Of a DNA stretch of 64,000 nt, positions 8,828 through 18,332 are shown one piece after another. A model generated the notes under the pieces. The model saw nothing but the letters and a program-made list of their open reading frames with translations. It was not told where the DNA came from and searched no databases. Within the stretch, counting starts at the first letter, position 1, and each line of letters opens with the position of its first letter. Position numbers and translations under genes: made by a program. Origin of the DNA: Paenibacillaceae bacterium (GTDB lineage Bacteria > Bacillota > Bacilli > Paenibacillales > UBA4045); the NCBI GenBank assembly GCA_040880185.1, contig JBBDIY010000069.1:4556-68555 (forward strand). Direction: 5' to 3'.

Positions 8828-9685
8828 ATGAGAACGGACCATATTTCTAAACTTGCTGTTAAATATACAGATTACGAAATGATAAAAGCGCATACTACAC
8901 TACCGTTATATCCTGAGGTACGGACCCGGTTGCTCTTTGCTTTCTTGCAATTAAATCCAGATCAAGAAGGGCATAGTGAAGTGTGTGTACTTGCAACCTC
9001 ATTAGCGCAATTAGGACTTGATACACATGACATGGTGAATTCAACTCCTACTCAGGAATTAATCGGACAAGCTCGATCGCGTCAATTAAAGGTGCTGGCA
9101 GGCGATTATTATAACAGTCGGTTTTATCAATTGTTATCGCATATAGGCCGTATTGATATGATACGATTAGTTTCTGCGGCAATTAGTGAAGTGAATCGAA
9201 TGAAGATGAATTTCTATCAACAATTCAAAGCTATGAAGCTGACGGCAGATGGGTATATGGATCAATCTGTATCGATGAAATCTGAACTATTCTTAGCGCT
9301 CTCGAAATTTATTCCAGAGCCTTATCAATTGAAGTGGTCTGAGTTGTTAAGCTTGTTAACCCGATGTGAGGTTATCCAGAATGAGTTAGAACGAAGTGAT
9401 ATGAATGAAACGTTCAGAGATAGTTGGGCATTCTGTTATATGCTTGAAGCAGTGGCTCCCGTTGAAAGGGACCGTCTGCTCCATGTTGATAAGTCTGGTA
9501 TTATCTCGTTAATGAGCAAGTTTAATATACATGGATTATTGATGGATATGCTTCTTACTCATATTCAACAAGCAATTCGAATATTGGAACATCTGGATTC
9601 TGAGGCGCTAAGATCAGAAATTATGAGAATCCTTCAATCCTTCAATTCCAGTATGCGTATACAACGGGTAGCCAAAGAAATTTGA
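8828..9685 (+). CDS. hepS: heptaprenyl diphosphate synthase component I-like
   Basis: First gene of the gerC-type operon immediately before menG, with HepS-like length and composition. The call rests mainly on synteny. Confidence 0.65.
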   Translation: MRTDHISKLAVKYTDYEMIKAHTTLPLYPEVRTRLLFAFLQLNPDQEGHSEVCVLATSLAQLGLDTHDMVNSTPTQELIGQARSRQLKVLAGDYYNSRFYQLLSHIGRIDMIRLVSAAISEVNRMKMNFYQQFKAMKLTADGYMDQSVSMKSELFLALSKFIPEPYQLKWSELLSLLTRCEVIQNELERSDMNETFRDSWAFCYMLEAVAPVERDRLLHVDKSGIISLMSKFNIHGLLMDMLLTHIQQAIRILEHLDSEALRSEIMRILQSFNSSMRIQRVAKEI

Positions 9686-9693
9686 GGTGAAAT

Positions 9694-10425
9694 ATGGAAC
9701 ATCAATCCAAAGAAAAGTACGTTCATTCCGTATTTCAGAGCGTCGCCCCCAAATATGATTTTATGAATGATGTACTCAGTTTTCGTCGCCATAAAGCATG
9801 GCGTCGTTTTACAATGAAGAAGATGGCTGTGAAACCTGGGCAATCAGCGTTAGATATTTGTTGTGGCACTTGTGATTGGACCATTAGTCTTGCAGAAGAA
9901 AGCTCAACAGGAATGATTGTAGGACTAGATTTCAGTCGCAATATGCTCGATGTGGGGCAAGGTAAAATTGATCGTCTTGGTTTATCTAAGCGTATTGAGC
10001 TTATTCATGGTAATGCAATGGAATTACCATTCGAAGAGAATACGTTTGACCATGTAACCATTGGATTTGGATTACGTAATGTGCCAGATATTCAGCAGGT
10101 ATTACGAGAGATGATGCGGGTCGTTAAGCCTGGGGGGTTTGTTGTCTGTCTGGAGTTATCTAAGCCCACATGGCAACCTTTCAAGGGACTTTATTATTCA
10201 TATTTTCGATATATACTTCCTTTTATTGGTAAACTACTTGCCGAACGATATGAGCAATACAAATGGTTGCCGAAATCACTCATGGATTTTCTCGATCACA
10301 AGCAGTTACTCACGATCTTTAGACAGATTGGATTGCAGAGTACGAAAGCTTATCCACTAACAGGCGGAATTGCTGCATTGCATATCGGTGTGAAGGGAAA
10401 CGACGGCGAACATGAGAAAGCTTAG
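9694..10425 (+). CDS. menG: demethylmenaquinone methyltransferase (UbiE/MenG)
   Basis: Typical N-terminus KExxVHxVFxxVAxKYDxMNDxxSF and SAM motif LDICCGTCDW. Confidence 0.9.
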   Translation: MEHQSKEKYVHSVFQSVAPKYDFMNDVLSFRRHKAWRRFTMKKMAVKPGQSALDICCGTCDWTISLAEESSTGMIVGLDFSRNMLDVGQGKIDRLGLSKRIELIHGNAMELPFEENTFDHVTIGFGLRNVPDIQQVLREMMRVVKPGGFVVCLELSKPTWQPFKGLYYSYFRYILPFIGKLLAERYEQYKWLPKSLMDFLDHKQLLTIFRQIGLQSTKAYPLTGGIAALHIGVKGNDGEHEKA

Positions 10426-11281
10426 GATTTTTTTGGGAATGATTAAATTTGAGCATACATTATTTGCACTGCCATTTGCTTTCATGGGTGCAGTTCTTTC
10501 GTCTGTATATGTATTCGATCGTCTTCCTACCTGGAGTGAGCTGGGATGGATTACGCTAGCTATGATTGGTGCTAGGACTGCGGCTATGGGGTTAAATCGC
10601 GTTATTGATCAAACGATTGATGCGAAGAACCCACGAACAGAGAAACGTGCTATTCCTGCTGGTTTATTATCTACCCTTGAGGTATGGCTGTTTATCGTTC
10701 TATCTTTTGTGTTATTATTCGTAGCTACTTTTAACTTAGATCCTTTGTCGATGAAGCTGTTACCGATCGCTGTTATTTTCCTAGTTGGGTATTCTTATAC
10801 GAAGAGGTTCACATGGGCCTGTCATCTTATTCTAGGTTTAACGATTGGCTTAGCTCCCCTAGGTGCTTGGGTTGCGGTCACGGGTCAGATTGATCTAACT
10901 GCTATGGTGTTCTATCTCGCTATTGCCCTTTGGACAGCTGGCTTCGACGTGCTCTACGCATGTCAGGATATGGATCACGATCGTAAGGAAGGGCTATATT
11001 CCATTCCAGCACGCTTTGGAATAACTCGAGCTCTATGGATTGCTAGAGCATTTCATACATTAACAGCAGCTGGTTTATGCTCATTGATCTGGTTAGCGGA
11101 TCTAAGTTGGTTTTATATCATCGGAATGATCGTTGCCTATCTAATCCTCTTCTATGAACATCGCTTGGTATCCCCGAATGACTTGAGCCACTTGAACACA
11201 GCGTTCTTCACATTGAATGGGGTGCTAAGTATCGTCGTGTTCACATTTACCGTAGTTGATCTGGTGGTGCGTTACGGATGA
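10412..11281 (+). CDS. UbiA-family aromatic polyprenyltransferase
   Basis: NRVIDQTIDAKNPRT (NxxxDxxxD) and DMDHDRKEG aspartate-rich motifs with about 8 TM segments. Overlaps menG by 14 nt. Confidence 0.8.
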   Translation: MRKLRIFLGMIKFEHTLFALPFAFMGAVLSSVYVFDRLPTWSELGWITLAMIGARTAAMGLNRVIDQTIDAKNPRTEKRAIPAGLLSTLEVWLFIVLSFVLLFVATFNLDPLSMKLLPIAVIFLVGYSYTKRFTWACHLILGLTIGLAPLGAWVAVTGQIDLTAMVFYLAIALWTAGFDVLYACQDMDHDRKEGLYSIPARFGITRALWIARAFHTLTAAGLCSLIWLADLSWFYIIGMIVAYLILFYEHRLVSPNDLSHLNTAFFTLNGVLSIVVFTFTVVDLVVRYG

Positions 11282-11904
11282 GTAGCCGCGAGCGGAGGTG
11301 GATCGTCGGTATAACCGGAGCAAGCGGCAGTACATATGGTATATCACTCACACGCTATCTCTTGCGCAATAACTATACCGTCCACCTTGTTATAACGGAT
11401 GCGGGATGGCGTGTCTTACACGATGAGCTAGATTGGAATATTGTAAAACGAAGTGAGACGATCGCCGAGCAGTTCGGCGGTTATGAATCCACGTTGAAGT
11501 TTCATCCTATTCAGGACATCGGAGCAAGTATTGCAAGCGGATCATATCGTGTAGATGGGATGGTTGTTGTGCCTTGTTCCATGGGCTCTCTGGCTTCTAT
11601 CGCCAATGGTTTGTCGAATAATTTGTTGCAACGTGCAGCGGATGTGATGATGAAGGAAGGTCGTAAGTTAATCATCGTTCCTCGCGAGACACCATTGTCT
11701 GCTATCCATTTGGAGAATATGCTGAAGCTAGCCAGGCTGGGTGTGACGATTGCTCCAGCGATGCCTGCATATTATCATAAGCCGGACAACATCGATGATA
11801 TCGTTGGCTTCATGGTTGGGAAGATATTGGACTCGATGGGAATCGATAATCAAGTTTACAGCAGGTGGGGAGAAGATGATGACAGGTCCACAACGAATAC
11901 TTAG
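11278..11904 (+). CDS. ubiX: flavin prenyltransferase UbiX
   Basis: ITGASG N-terminus and the VVVPCSMGSLASIANG motif. ATGA overlap with the preceding gene. Confidence 0.85.
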   Translation: MSSRERRWIVGITGASGSTYGISLTRYLLRNNYTVHLVITDAGWRVLHDELDWNIVKRSETIAEQFGGYESTLKFHPIQDIGASIASGSYRVDGMVVVPCSMGSLASIANGLSNNLLQRAADVMMKEGRKLIIVPRETPLSAIHLENMLKLARLGVTIAPAMPAYYHKPDNIDDIVGFMVGKILDSMGIDNQVYSRWGEDDDRSTTNT

Positions 11905-12727
11905 AATTGGCCGCATAAACTTCACTAACGTGTGGCCGGTATTTCATTATTTTCCGGTTGCTAAATTTGGTTCATCCATCGAGATTATCTCACATGTACC
12001 CACAGAGCTAAACCGGAATATGCGAGATGGGTCCATTGATATTGGGGCTATATCATCATTTGCCTATGCAGAATCCCATCATCGTTATTACATCTTGCCC
12101 GATTTATCTGTGAGCGCCAAAGGTTCAGTTCGATCCATCTTGTTATTCTATAAGGATAGTTTGGAGCGTGTGAAGAATGGACGAATCGCTCTGACAACCT
12201 CTTCGGCATCTTCTGTTAATTTACTAAAAATCATTCTTCAAAAGTTTCATGGTGGTAAGCCAGAATATTCTTTTGCTTCACCATCGTTACATGATATGAT
12301 GGAGGGAATGGATGGCGCATTACTCATTGGTGATGATGCGATTCGGGCAAGCTGGGAGCAGCATGATTACCACGTACTTGATTTAGGTGCCGAATGGACA
12401 AGACTTACTGGTAATTCGATGACTTTTGCACTCTGGGTCGTTCAGCGTGAGATTGTCGATTGTATGCCACAATTAATTAGTCAAGTTCAAGCAGCCTTTA
12501 TGGAGAGCAAGAAGAAGGGATATGCGGACCCAAGTGGAATTATCTCTGCTGCAATCGAACGTCTTGGTGGAACTCCTGACTTCTGGAGTCAATATTTCTC
12601 TGATCTTTCATATTCATTCTCTGAAGAACAGAAGAAGGGTTTACTTATGTATTATCATTATGCATTGGAGCTGGGGTTGCTATCTGAAGCAGTGCCACTG
12701 AATATATGGAACCATACTAAGATATGA
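11876..12727 (+). CDS. MqnA/MqnD-family menaquinone (futalosine-route) biosynthesis protein
   Basis: N-terminus LRIGRINFTNVWPVFHYF resembles the MqnA/MqnD periplasmic-binding-protein-like fold. ATG at 11876 follows GGTGGGGAGAAG. The track ORF start at 11750 lies inside ubiX. Confidence 0.55.
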   Translation: MMTGPQRILRIGRINFTNVWPVFHYFPVAKFGSSIEIISHVPTELNRNMRDGSIDIGAISSFAYAESHHRYYILPDLSVSAKGSVRSILLFYKDSLERVKNGRIALTTSSASSVNLLKIILQKFHGGKPEYSFASPSLHDMMEGMDGALLIGDDAIRASWEQHDYHVLDLGAEWTRLTGNSMTFALWVVQREIVDCMPQLISQVQAAFMESKKKGYADPSGIISAAIERLGGTPDFWSQYFSDLSYSFSEEQKKGLLMYYHYALELGLLSEAVPLNIWNHTKI

Positions 12728-12738
12728 CAGGTGAATGA

Positions 12739-13713
12739 ATGAAACTTCTAGATATTTATATGAGCTTGAAGGGTGATATTCGTTATATCGAGGATGAATT
12801 GGATAGGAGTATTAGATCCGATCATACCTTACTTAATAAGACTTCACTCCATTTGCTCAAAGCGGGCGGGAAGAGAATTCGACCTGTATTTGTATTGCTT
12901 GCTGGTCAATTCGGTGATTATTCCTTGGAGCGCCTGAAGTCTGTAGCTGTTGCATTAGAGCTCATACATATGGCAAGCTTGGTCCATGATGATGTGATTG
13001 ACGATGCAGATACACGACGTGGTCAATTCACAGTGAAGTCGAAATGGGATAATCGAATTGCCATGTATACGGGAGATTATATTTTCTCTAAGGCACTGAT
13101 GGTATTAACAGAGTTAACGGATCCGCATATTCACAAAATCTTATCTAAAGCCATGGTCCAAATGACGATTGGAGAGATGGAGCAAATTCGCTTCTTCTTC
13201 CATTATGAGCAATCCGTACGAGAATACTTGCTACGAATCCGCAGGAAGACAGCGCTGCTCTTCGCAGTAAGTTGTCAATTAGGTGCATTGGCTGTAGGAT
13301 CTGATCCCTCTAATTCAAGAGCATTGTATGCCTTCGGCTATAATGTGGGTATGGCATTCCAAATTCGAGACGATATCTTAGATATCTGTGGTACAGAGAA
13401 GCAGATTGGCAAGCCCCCAGGAAGCGATATTCGCCAAGGTAATATTACGCTCCCATTCATCTTAGCGCTTAAAGATGACCCGCACAGAGAATTGATGATT
13501 GCACATATTGAGGCCATTCGTGAATCAGACGGTCAAGCGGATACATCAGGTTTACTGAAGATGATTCGAGAAAGCAATGGATTGAAGCTAGCCGAGCAAC
13601 TCTCAGAGCTCTATATTGAGAAGGCTATCACGGCTGTCAATCTGCTCCCGGAGCAATCCGCAAAGCGAAGTTTAATAGATATTGCTCATTTTGTCGGTAA
13701 TCGTACATACTAA
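12739..13713 (+). CDS. hepT: heptaprenyl diphosphate synthase component II (trans-polyprenyl diphosphate synthase)
   Basis: FARM motif [15 protein letters not shown] and SARM motif FQIRDDILD. Confidence 0.85.
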   Translation: MKLLDIYMSLKGDIRYIEDELDRSIRSDHTLLNKTSLHLLKAGGKRIRPVFVLLAGQFGDYSLERLKSVAVALELIHMASLVHDDVIDDADTRRGQFTVKSKWDNRIAMYTGDYIFSKALMVLTELTDPHIHKILSKAMVQMTIGEMEQIRFFFHYEQSVREYLLRIRRKTALLFAVSCQLGALAVGSDPSNSRALYAFGYNVGMAFQIRDDILDICGTEKQIGKPPGSDIRQGNITLPFILALKDDPHRELMIAHIEAIRESDGQADTSGLLKMIRESNGLKLAEQLSELYIEKAITAVNLLPEQSAKRSLIDIAHFVGNRTY

Positions 13714-13780
13714 ATATACGCTACCATCTCAAATTCTCATCAGGCACCAACATCTGATCAATGAACTAGGAGGCATTCAC

Positions 13781-14224
13781 ATGGAAAGAACTTACTTAAT
13801 GGTTAAGCCTGACGGAGTACAGCGTGGATTAATCGGTGAAATAGTATCCCGATTAGAGAAAAAGGGTTTTCAATTGATTGGCAGTAAGCTTATGCATATG
13901 ACACACTCACAAGCTGAGAAACACTATGCTGAGCATCAAGGAAAACCATTCTTCGATGGTTTGGTAAGCTTTATTACTTCTGGCCCCGTATTCGCCATGG
14001 TGTGGCAGGGAGATCAGGTTATTACCATCTCGCGAATGATGATCGGCAAGACGAATACGTTAGAGGCATTACCTGGAACGATTCGGGGAGATTATGCGGT
14101 ACATACCGGATTCAATATTATCCATGGCTCAGATTCTCCTGAAAGTGCTGAATTAGAAATTAATCATTTTTTCAAACCAGAAGAATTGATATCGTACACG
14201 AGATCCATTCAACAATGGATTTGA
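13781..14224 (+). CDS. ndk: nucleoside diphosphate kinase
   Basis: [16 protein letters not shown] start and active-site [16 protein letters not shown]. The track ORF starts upstream at 13682. Confidence 0.95.
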   Translation: MERTYLMVKPDGVQRGLIGEIVSRLEKKGFQLIGSKLMHMTHSQAEKHYAEHQGKPFFDGLVSFITSGPVFAMVWQGDQVITISRMMIGKTNTLEALPGTIRGDYAVHTGFNIIHGSDSPESAELEINHFFKPEELISYTRSIQQWI

Positions 14225-14244
14225 AATAAGGGGAAACTATTGGA

Positions 14245-15033
14245 GTGATAAGTGTGGAAGATGTAGAATACAATTTATTCATTCATAAGGTCAATGAAAA
14301 TCTAAAGCTAGACCTAGGCAATTACAAGGAAACCCAGATGAAACGCAGGCTAACTTCTTTGTACATAAAGCGAGGCTTTAGTTCCTTCTTATCTTATTTC
14401 AACGCAATGATGAAGGACAAGGATTTATTGAATGAATTCATGGATCGTGTAACCATTAATGTGTCCGAATTCTGGCGTAATCCTACTCGGTGGACCGTGT
14501 TAGAACAGAAATTTATACCTGAGATGATCAAGAAGTCGCCTCGGTTGAAATGCTGGAGTGCAGCTTGTTCTACTGGTGAAGAGCCCTATACACTAGCCAT
14601 GTTACTGATGGAAGCTGGGGCAGACCGCTCAGATATTCTAGCTATGGATATCGATGATACGGTTCTAGCCAAAGCCCAGAAGGGTGAATACTTAGAGCGG
14701 TCTACTCGAGACATCCCTGCAACGTATTTGTCGAAATATTTTGCTAAAGTAAATGATAATTACCAAGTGGAGCCATCGCTTAAGAAACTAATCCGATTTA
14801 GAAAAGGCAATTTACTGCTGGATCGGTTTGAGAAGGATTTCGATCTGATTATTTGTCGGAATGTGATGATTTACTTTACGGAGCAAGCCAAGCAAGAGTT
14901 GTATCATAAATTCTCACAATCTTTAAAACCTGACGGATTATTATTCGTAGGCAGTACTGAACAAATATTCACTCCGGCTCAATATAATTTGGAAGCTGTT
15001 GATTCATTCTTTTATCGTCGAATAACTGTATAA
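14245..15033 (+). CDS. cheR: chemotaxis protein methyltransferase CheR
   Basis: FFRN-like EFWRNP and SAM-binding WSAACSTGEEPYTLAM. Same position as B. subtilis cheR. Confidence 0.85.
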   Translation: MISVEDVEYNLFIHKVNENLKLDLGNYKETQMKRRLTSLYIKRGFSSFLSYFNAMMKDKDLLNEFMDRVTINVSEFWRNPTRWTVLEQKFIPEMIKKSPRLKCWSAACSTGEEPYTLAMLLMEAGADRSDILAMDIDDTVLAKAQKGEYLERSTRDIPATYLSKYFAKVNDNYQVEPSLKKLIRFRKGNLLLDRFEKDFDLIICRNVMIYFTEQAKQELYHKFSQSLKPDGLLFVGSTEQIFTPAQYNLEAVDSFFYRRITV

Positions 15034-15082
15034 CCCTTACCAAATATTGCAATACTAGTTGTATTGAATAGGGAGGGGTCTC

Positions 15083-15244
15083 ATGATGGATAGAAGCAAA
15101 GTGATTTCTGCTTACTTGCGAGGTTTCATTACGTTGAAGGAATGTGAGCAGATTCTAGGAATAGACGCTTCATTCATTCTAGACATGGTTCATAACCAAC
15201 GATCGAACAAGGATCTATCTATTCACCAAACTGCCAATCACTAA
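15083..15244 (+). CDS. unannotated 53-codon ORF (hypothetical small protein)
   Basis: Not in the ORF track because it is under 60 aa. ATG lies 6 nt after GGGAGGGG, and a strong terminator follows 20 nt after the stop. Translation: MMDRSKVISAYLRGFITLKECEQILGIDASFILDMVHNQRSNKDLSIHQTANH. Confidence 0.45.
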   Translation: MMDRSKVISAYLRGFITLKECEQILGIDASFILDMVHNQRSNKDLSIHQTANH

Positions 15245-15264
15245 TGAATGGACTGGAATGAAGC

Positions 15265-15300
15265 AAACCATTGGAGCCATGATTCCAATGGTTTTTATTT
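15265..15300 (+). terminator. intrinsic terminator
   Basis: AAACCATTGGA (15265-15275) pairs with TCCAATGGTTT (15284-15294) and the sequence continues into a T-run. Confidence 0.8.
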
Positions 15301-15356
15301 TGCGTTAAATTCATACATATTATTATGGATAATCTGATATTCAGCGTCCTGTTTTC

Positions 15357-15385
15357 TTGTCAAACCGCCCCCTCTATACTATAAT
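15357..15385 (+). promoter_or_regulatory. SigA-type promoter (TTGTCA-17-TATAAT) for aroC-aroB-aroH
   Basis: TTGTCA at 15357-15362, an exact 17-nt spacer, and TATAAT at 15380-15385. Confidence 0.65.
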
Positions 15386-15448
15386 GAGCAAAGAACATTG
15401 GGGTAAATCGGATATCGGATCACAGTGAAACATGAGGGGGAGACACGA

Positions 15449-16612
15449 TTGCGTTACTTAAGTGCAGGGGAAACACATGGTCCACAACTGACGGCTGTCA
15501 TTGAGGGTGTACCTAGTAATATGAAATTTTCTTTCGAATTGATTAATGAACAATTACAGCGTAGACAGAAAGGCCACGGTCGTGGTCGGAGAATGCAAAT
15601 TGAGAAGGACGAAGCAGCGGTTATGGGAGGCGTTCGTCATGGACGGACGACTGGCGCACCGATTGCTCTTATTATAGAGAATAAGGATTGGAAGCATTGG
15701 ACAACCGTCATGAACATAGAACCAATTGAAGGCGGTGACGAAGAGAAGCGTCGTGTTAATCGTCCTCGACCAGGTCATGCTGATTTGAATGGCGGGTTGA
15801 AGTATAACCTGACTGACTTGAGGAATGTATTGGAACGCTCAAGCGCTAGAGAAACGGCTGCACGCGTTGCATGTGGCGCAGTAGCTCGCATGATATTAGC
15901 TGAATTCGGTATCAAGGTAGCTGGCCAAGTTATCCGAATTGGTGAGGTTGAAGTGGAACGTCAGGATCTGACTATTGATGAAATAATTGAAATTACGGAG
16001 CAATCTCCTGTGCGCGTAGTTGATAAAGCAGCCGAGGAGAAGATGATCGCGCATATTGATCAGATTAAGAAAGACGGAGATTCGGTTGGTGGCATTGTAG
16101 AATGTATTGTTGAGGGTGTTCCTGTTGGACTTGGGAGTTATGTGCAATGGGATCGCAAGTTGGATGGTAAGATCGCACAAGCGGTTGTATCTATTAATGC
16201 ATTCAAAGGCGTTGAATTTGGAATAGGCTTTGAGGCTGCTCAGAAGCCCGGATCACAAGTGCAAGATGAGATCATGTATGCGAAAGAGCAAGGATTCTAT
16301 CGTGCTTCCAATCGATTAGGTGGCTTCGAAGGTGGAATGACAACAGGTATGCCAATTATTGTTCGGGGGGTAATGAAACCGATACCGACTTTATACAAAC
16401 CTCTTCAGAGTGTGGATATTGATACAAAAGAATCTTTTACAGCCCAAGTGGAGCGCTCCGATGCATGTGCTGTTCCAGCAGCAAGTGTTGTGCTTGAAGC
16501 GGTTGTGGCCTGGGAAGTGGCTGTATCGTTCCTCGATAAGTTTGGTGGAGATTCGATCGAAGAGATTAGGTCTAATTATGAGAGCTACCTAGCTCAAGTG
16601 GAGCGATATTAA
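15449..16612 (+). CDS. aroC: chorismate synthase
   Basis: The (M)[14 protein letters not shown]-terminus is typical. TTG at 15449 lies 6 nt after GGGGGAG. The track start at 15425 adds 8 atypical residues. Confidence 0.93.
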   Translation: MRYLSAGETHGPQLTAVIEGVPSNMKFSFELINEQLQRRQKGHGRGRRMQIEKDEAAVMGGVRHGRTTGAPIALIIENKDWKHWTTVMNIEPIEGGDEEKRRVNRPRPGHADLNGGLKYNLTDLRNVLERSSARETAARVACGAVARMILAEFGIKVAGQVIRIGEVEVERQDLTIDEIIEITEQSPVRVVDKAAEEKMIAHIDQIKKDGDSVGGIVECIVEGVPVGLGSYVQWDRKLDGKIAQAVVSINAFKGVEFGIGFEAAQKPGSQVQDEIMYAKEQGFYRASNRLGGFEGGMTTGMPIIVRGVMKPIPTLYKPLQSVDIDTKESFTAQVERSDACAVPAASVVLEAVVAWEVAVSFLDKFGGDSIEEIRSNYESYLAQVERY

Positions 16613-16613
16613 T

Positions 16614-17708
16614 ATGAGGCAGATCACTGTTGAACTTGGTGAACGGTCATATCCGATCTATATCGGAGAAGGAATATTGGATCGAATCGGGGAATTCTTC
16701 GACGAGCGTTCGATCAATAAGCTTTCACCGTTGCTGATTATTACCGATGAACATGTGGCTGCGCAACATCTAGACCGAGTATCGCTCGGTTTGACGCAAG
16801 CGGGTTATCATGTTCTTGTAAAAATTGTACCATCAGGTGAGAAATCGAAATCGCTTGCTGTCCTAGAGGACGTTATTGGTTTAGCACTTCAAGGCGGACT
16901 TGATCGCCAGTCAACCATCGTTGCTCTAGGCGGTGGAGTTGTAGGTGATTTAGCTGGATTTGTTGCTGCCAGTTATATGCGCGGTGTCCGCTTTGTGCAG
17001 ATTGCTACTACGATTCAGGCTCATGATTCAAGTGTTGGTGGCAAGGTTGGTGTCAATCACCCTTTGGCCAAGAATATTATTGGAGCTTTCCATCAACCAG
17101 AGCTCGTTATATTCGACATCTCAACGCTTCGTACACTTCCAGATCGAGAAATTCGCTCAGGCTTGTCTGAATTGCTTAAGGAAGGCCTAATCTGGGATGC
17201 TGAATTCGTACATTGGTGCGACCAGAATACGGGGAATTTACTTAACTTGAACTCAGAAGCGTTACAGCACGCACTGTATGAGGGGATTCGCATCAAAGCC
17301 AATGTCGTTTCGCTGGACGAGCGTGAGAACGATCTCCGCGCCATATTGAATTTGGGACATACAATTGGACATGCTCTCGAAGCTGTTTCAGGCTACAATC
17401 AATTGCTTCATGGTGAAGCGATATCGATCGGTATGGTTGGTGCTGCGAAGCTGGCTATGCGTCTTGGAGGACCAGAAAGCGTATACGTAGAGACGAAGAG
17501 GCTATTGAAAAATCTCGGTCTACCTATAACGCTGCCAGATCATCTAGATACGGATGAAATCATGAGTGCGATGATGCATGATAAGAAATTTAAAGAGGGT
17601 CAGATGGTATTCGTCTTACCGACTGCTATTGGAGCGGTGCAAATTCGCAAAGGCATTCAGGCGGATATGGTTAGAGAAGTCGTTAATGAGTTGAAACGGG
17701 AGGTTTAG
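16614..17708 (+). CDS. aroB: 3-dehydroquinate synthase
   Basis: GGGVVGDLAGFVAA nucleotide-binding motif and LNLGHTIGHALE metal-binding motif. Confidence 0.9.
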   Translation: MRQITVELGERSYPIYIGEGILDRIGEFFDERSINKLSPLLIITDEHVAAQHLDRVSLGLTQAGYHVLVKIVPSGEKSKSLAVLEDVIGLALQGGLDRQSTIVALGGGVVGDLAGFVAASYMRGVRFVQIATTIQAHDSSVGGKVGVNHPLAKNIIGAFHQPELVIFDISTLRTLPDREIRSGLSELLKEGLIWDAEFVHWCDQNTGNLLNLNSEALQHALYEGIRIKANVVSLDERENDLRAILNLGHTIGHALEAVSGYNQLLHGEAISIGMVGAAKLAMRLGGPESVYVETKRLLKNLGLPITLPDHLDTDEIMSAMMHDKKFKEGQMVFVLPTAIGAVQIRKGIQADMVREVVNELKREV

Positions 17709-17711
17709 TAC

Positions 17712-18077
17712 ATGAAGGTCAGGGGAATTCGTGGGGCTACAACAGTGAATCATAATGAAGCAGAGGAAATCCTTGCTTCAACGGCAGAGCTACTCACTCA
17801 GATTATAGCTAAGAATGAAATCATACCAGAAGATATATGCAGTGTGTTCGTCACAACGACACAAGATCTTGATGCTACATTCCCTGCACGAGCCATTCGT
17901 CAGATGCAGGGCTGGGAACTCGTTCCGTTAATGTGCTCATTGGAAATTGCCGTGAAGAATAGCTTGGAGCAATGTATCCGACTGATGGTGTTAGTGAATA
18001 CGGATAAGAGTCAGAAGGATATTCATCATGTTTATCTGAATTATGCGAGTATTCTTCGTCCTGATCTTAAAGATTGA
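17712..18077 (+). CDS. aroH: chorismate mutase, AroH class
   Basis: The VRGIRGATTV N-terminus is characteristic of AroH-class monofunctional chorismate mutase. About 120 aa. Confidence 0.85.
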   Translation: MKVRGIRGATTVNHNEAEEILASTAELLTQIIAKNEIIPEDICSVFVTTTQDLDATFPARAIRQMQGWELVPLMCSLEIAVKNSLEQCIRLMVLVNTDKSQKDIHHVYLNYASILRPDLKD

Positions 18078-18105
18078 GTTGTCGAATATTTCATTCATCT
18101 ATAGG

Positions 18106-18135
18106 TTGACGTTAATGAATAACGTATTGTATAGT
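18106..18135 (+). promoter_or_regulatory. trp operon promoter (TTGACG-18-TATAGT)
   Basis: TTGACG at 18106-18111 and TATAGT at 18130-18135. Confidence 0.55.
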
Positions 18136-18145
18136 AATGGCAGCA

Positions 18146-18226
18146 GAGTTGAGTTGAGTGTAGATGAGTTGAGCTGAGGTAAGTAGGCACGCCAATACGA
18201 TGCAGGGACCAGCGGTTGTAGCTGAG
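18146..18226 (+). promoter_or_regulatory. TRAP binding site: (G/U)AG triplet array in the trp leader
   Basis: Seven triplets at an exact 5-nt period: GAG 18146, 18151, 18156; TAG 18161; GAG 18166, 18171, 18176. Further triplets: TAG 18184, TAG 18219, GAG 18224. Confidence 0.75.
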
Positions 18227-18277
18227 TTTTCTTATTTTTCGTTGTATGTGGCACAAACCATCTTAAACTGAACTTCT

Positions 18278-18305
18278 CCTCTACGATGATGTAGAGGTTT
18301 TTTTA
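18278..18305 (+). terminator. trp leader attenuator terminator
   Basis: CCTCTAC (18278-18284) pairs with GTAGAGG (18291-18297) across a 6-nt loop, followed by eight T residues directly upstream of trpE. Confidence 0.85.
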
Positions 18306-18332
18306 TTGATTACAATCATGAATAAGGGAGTG

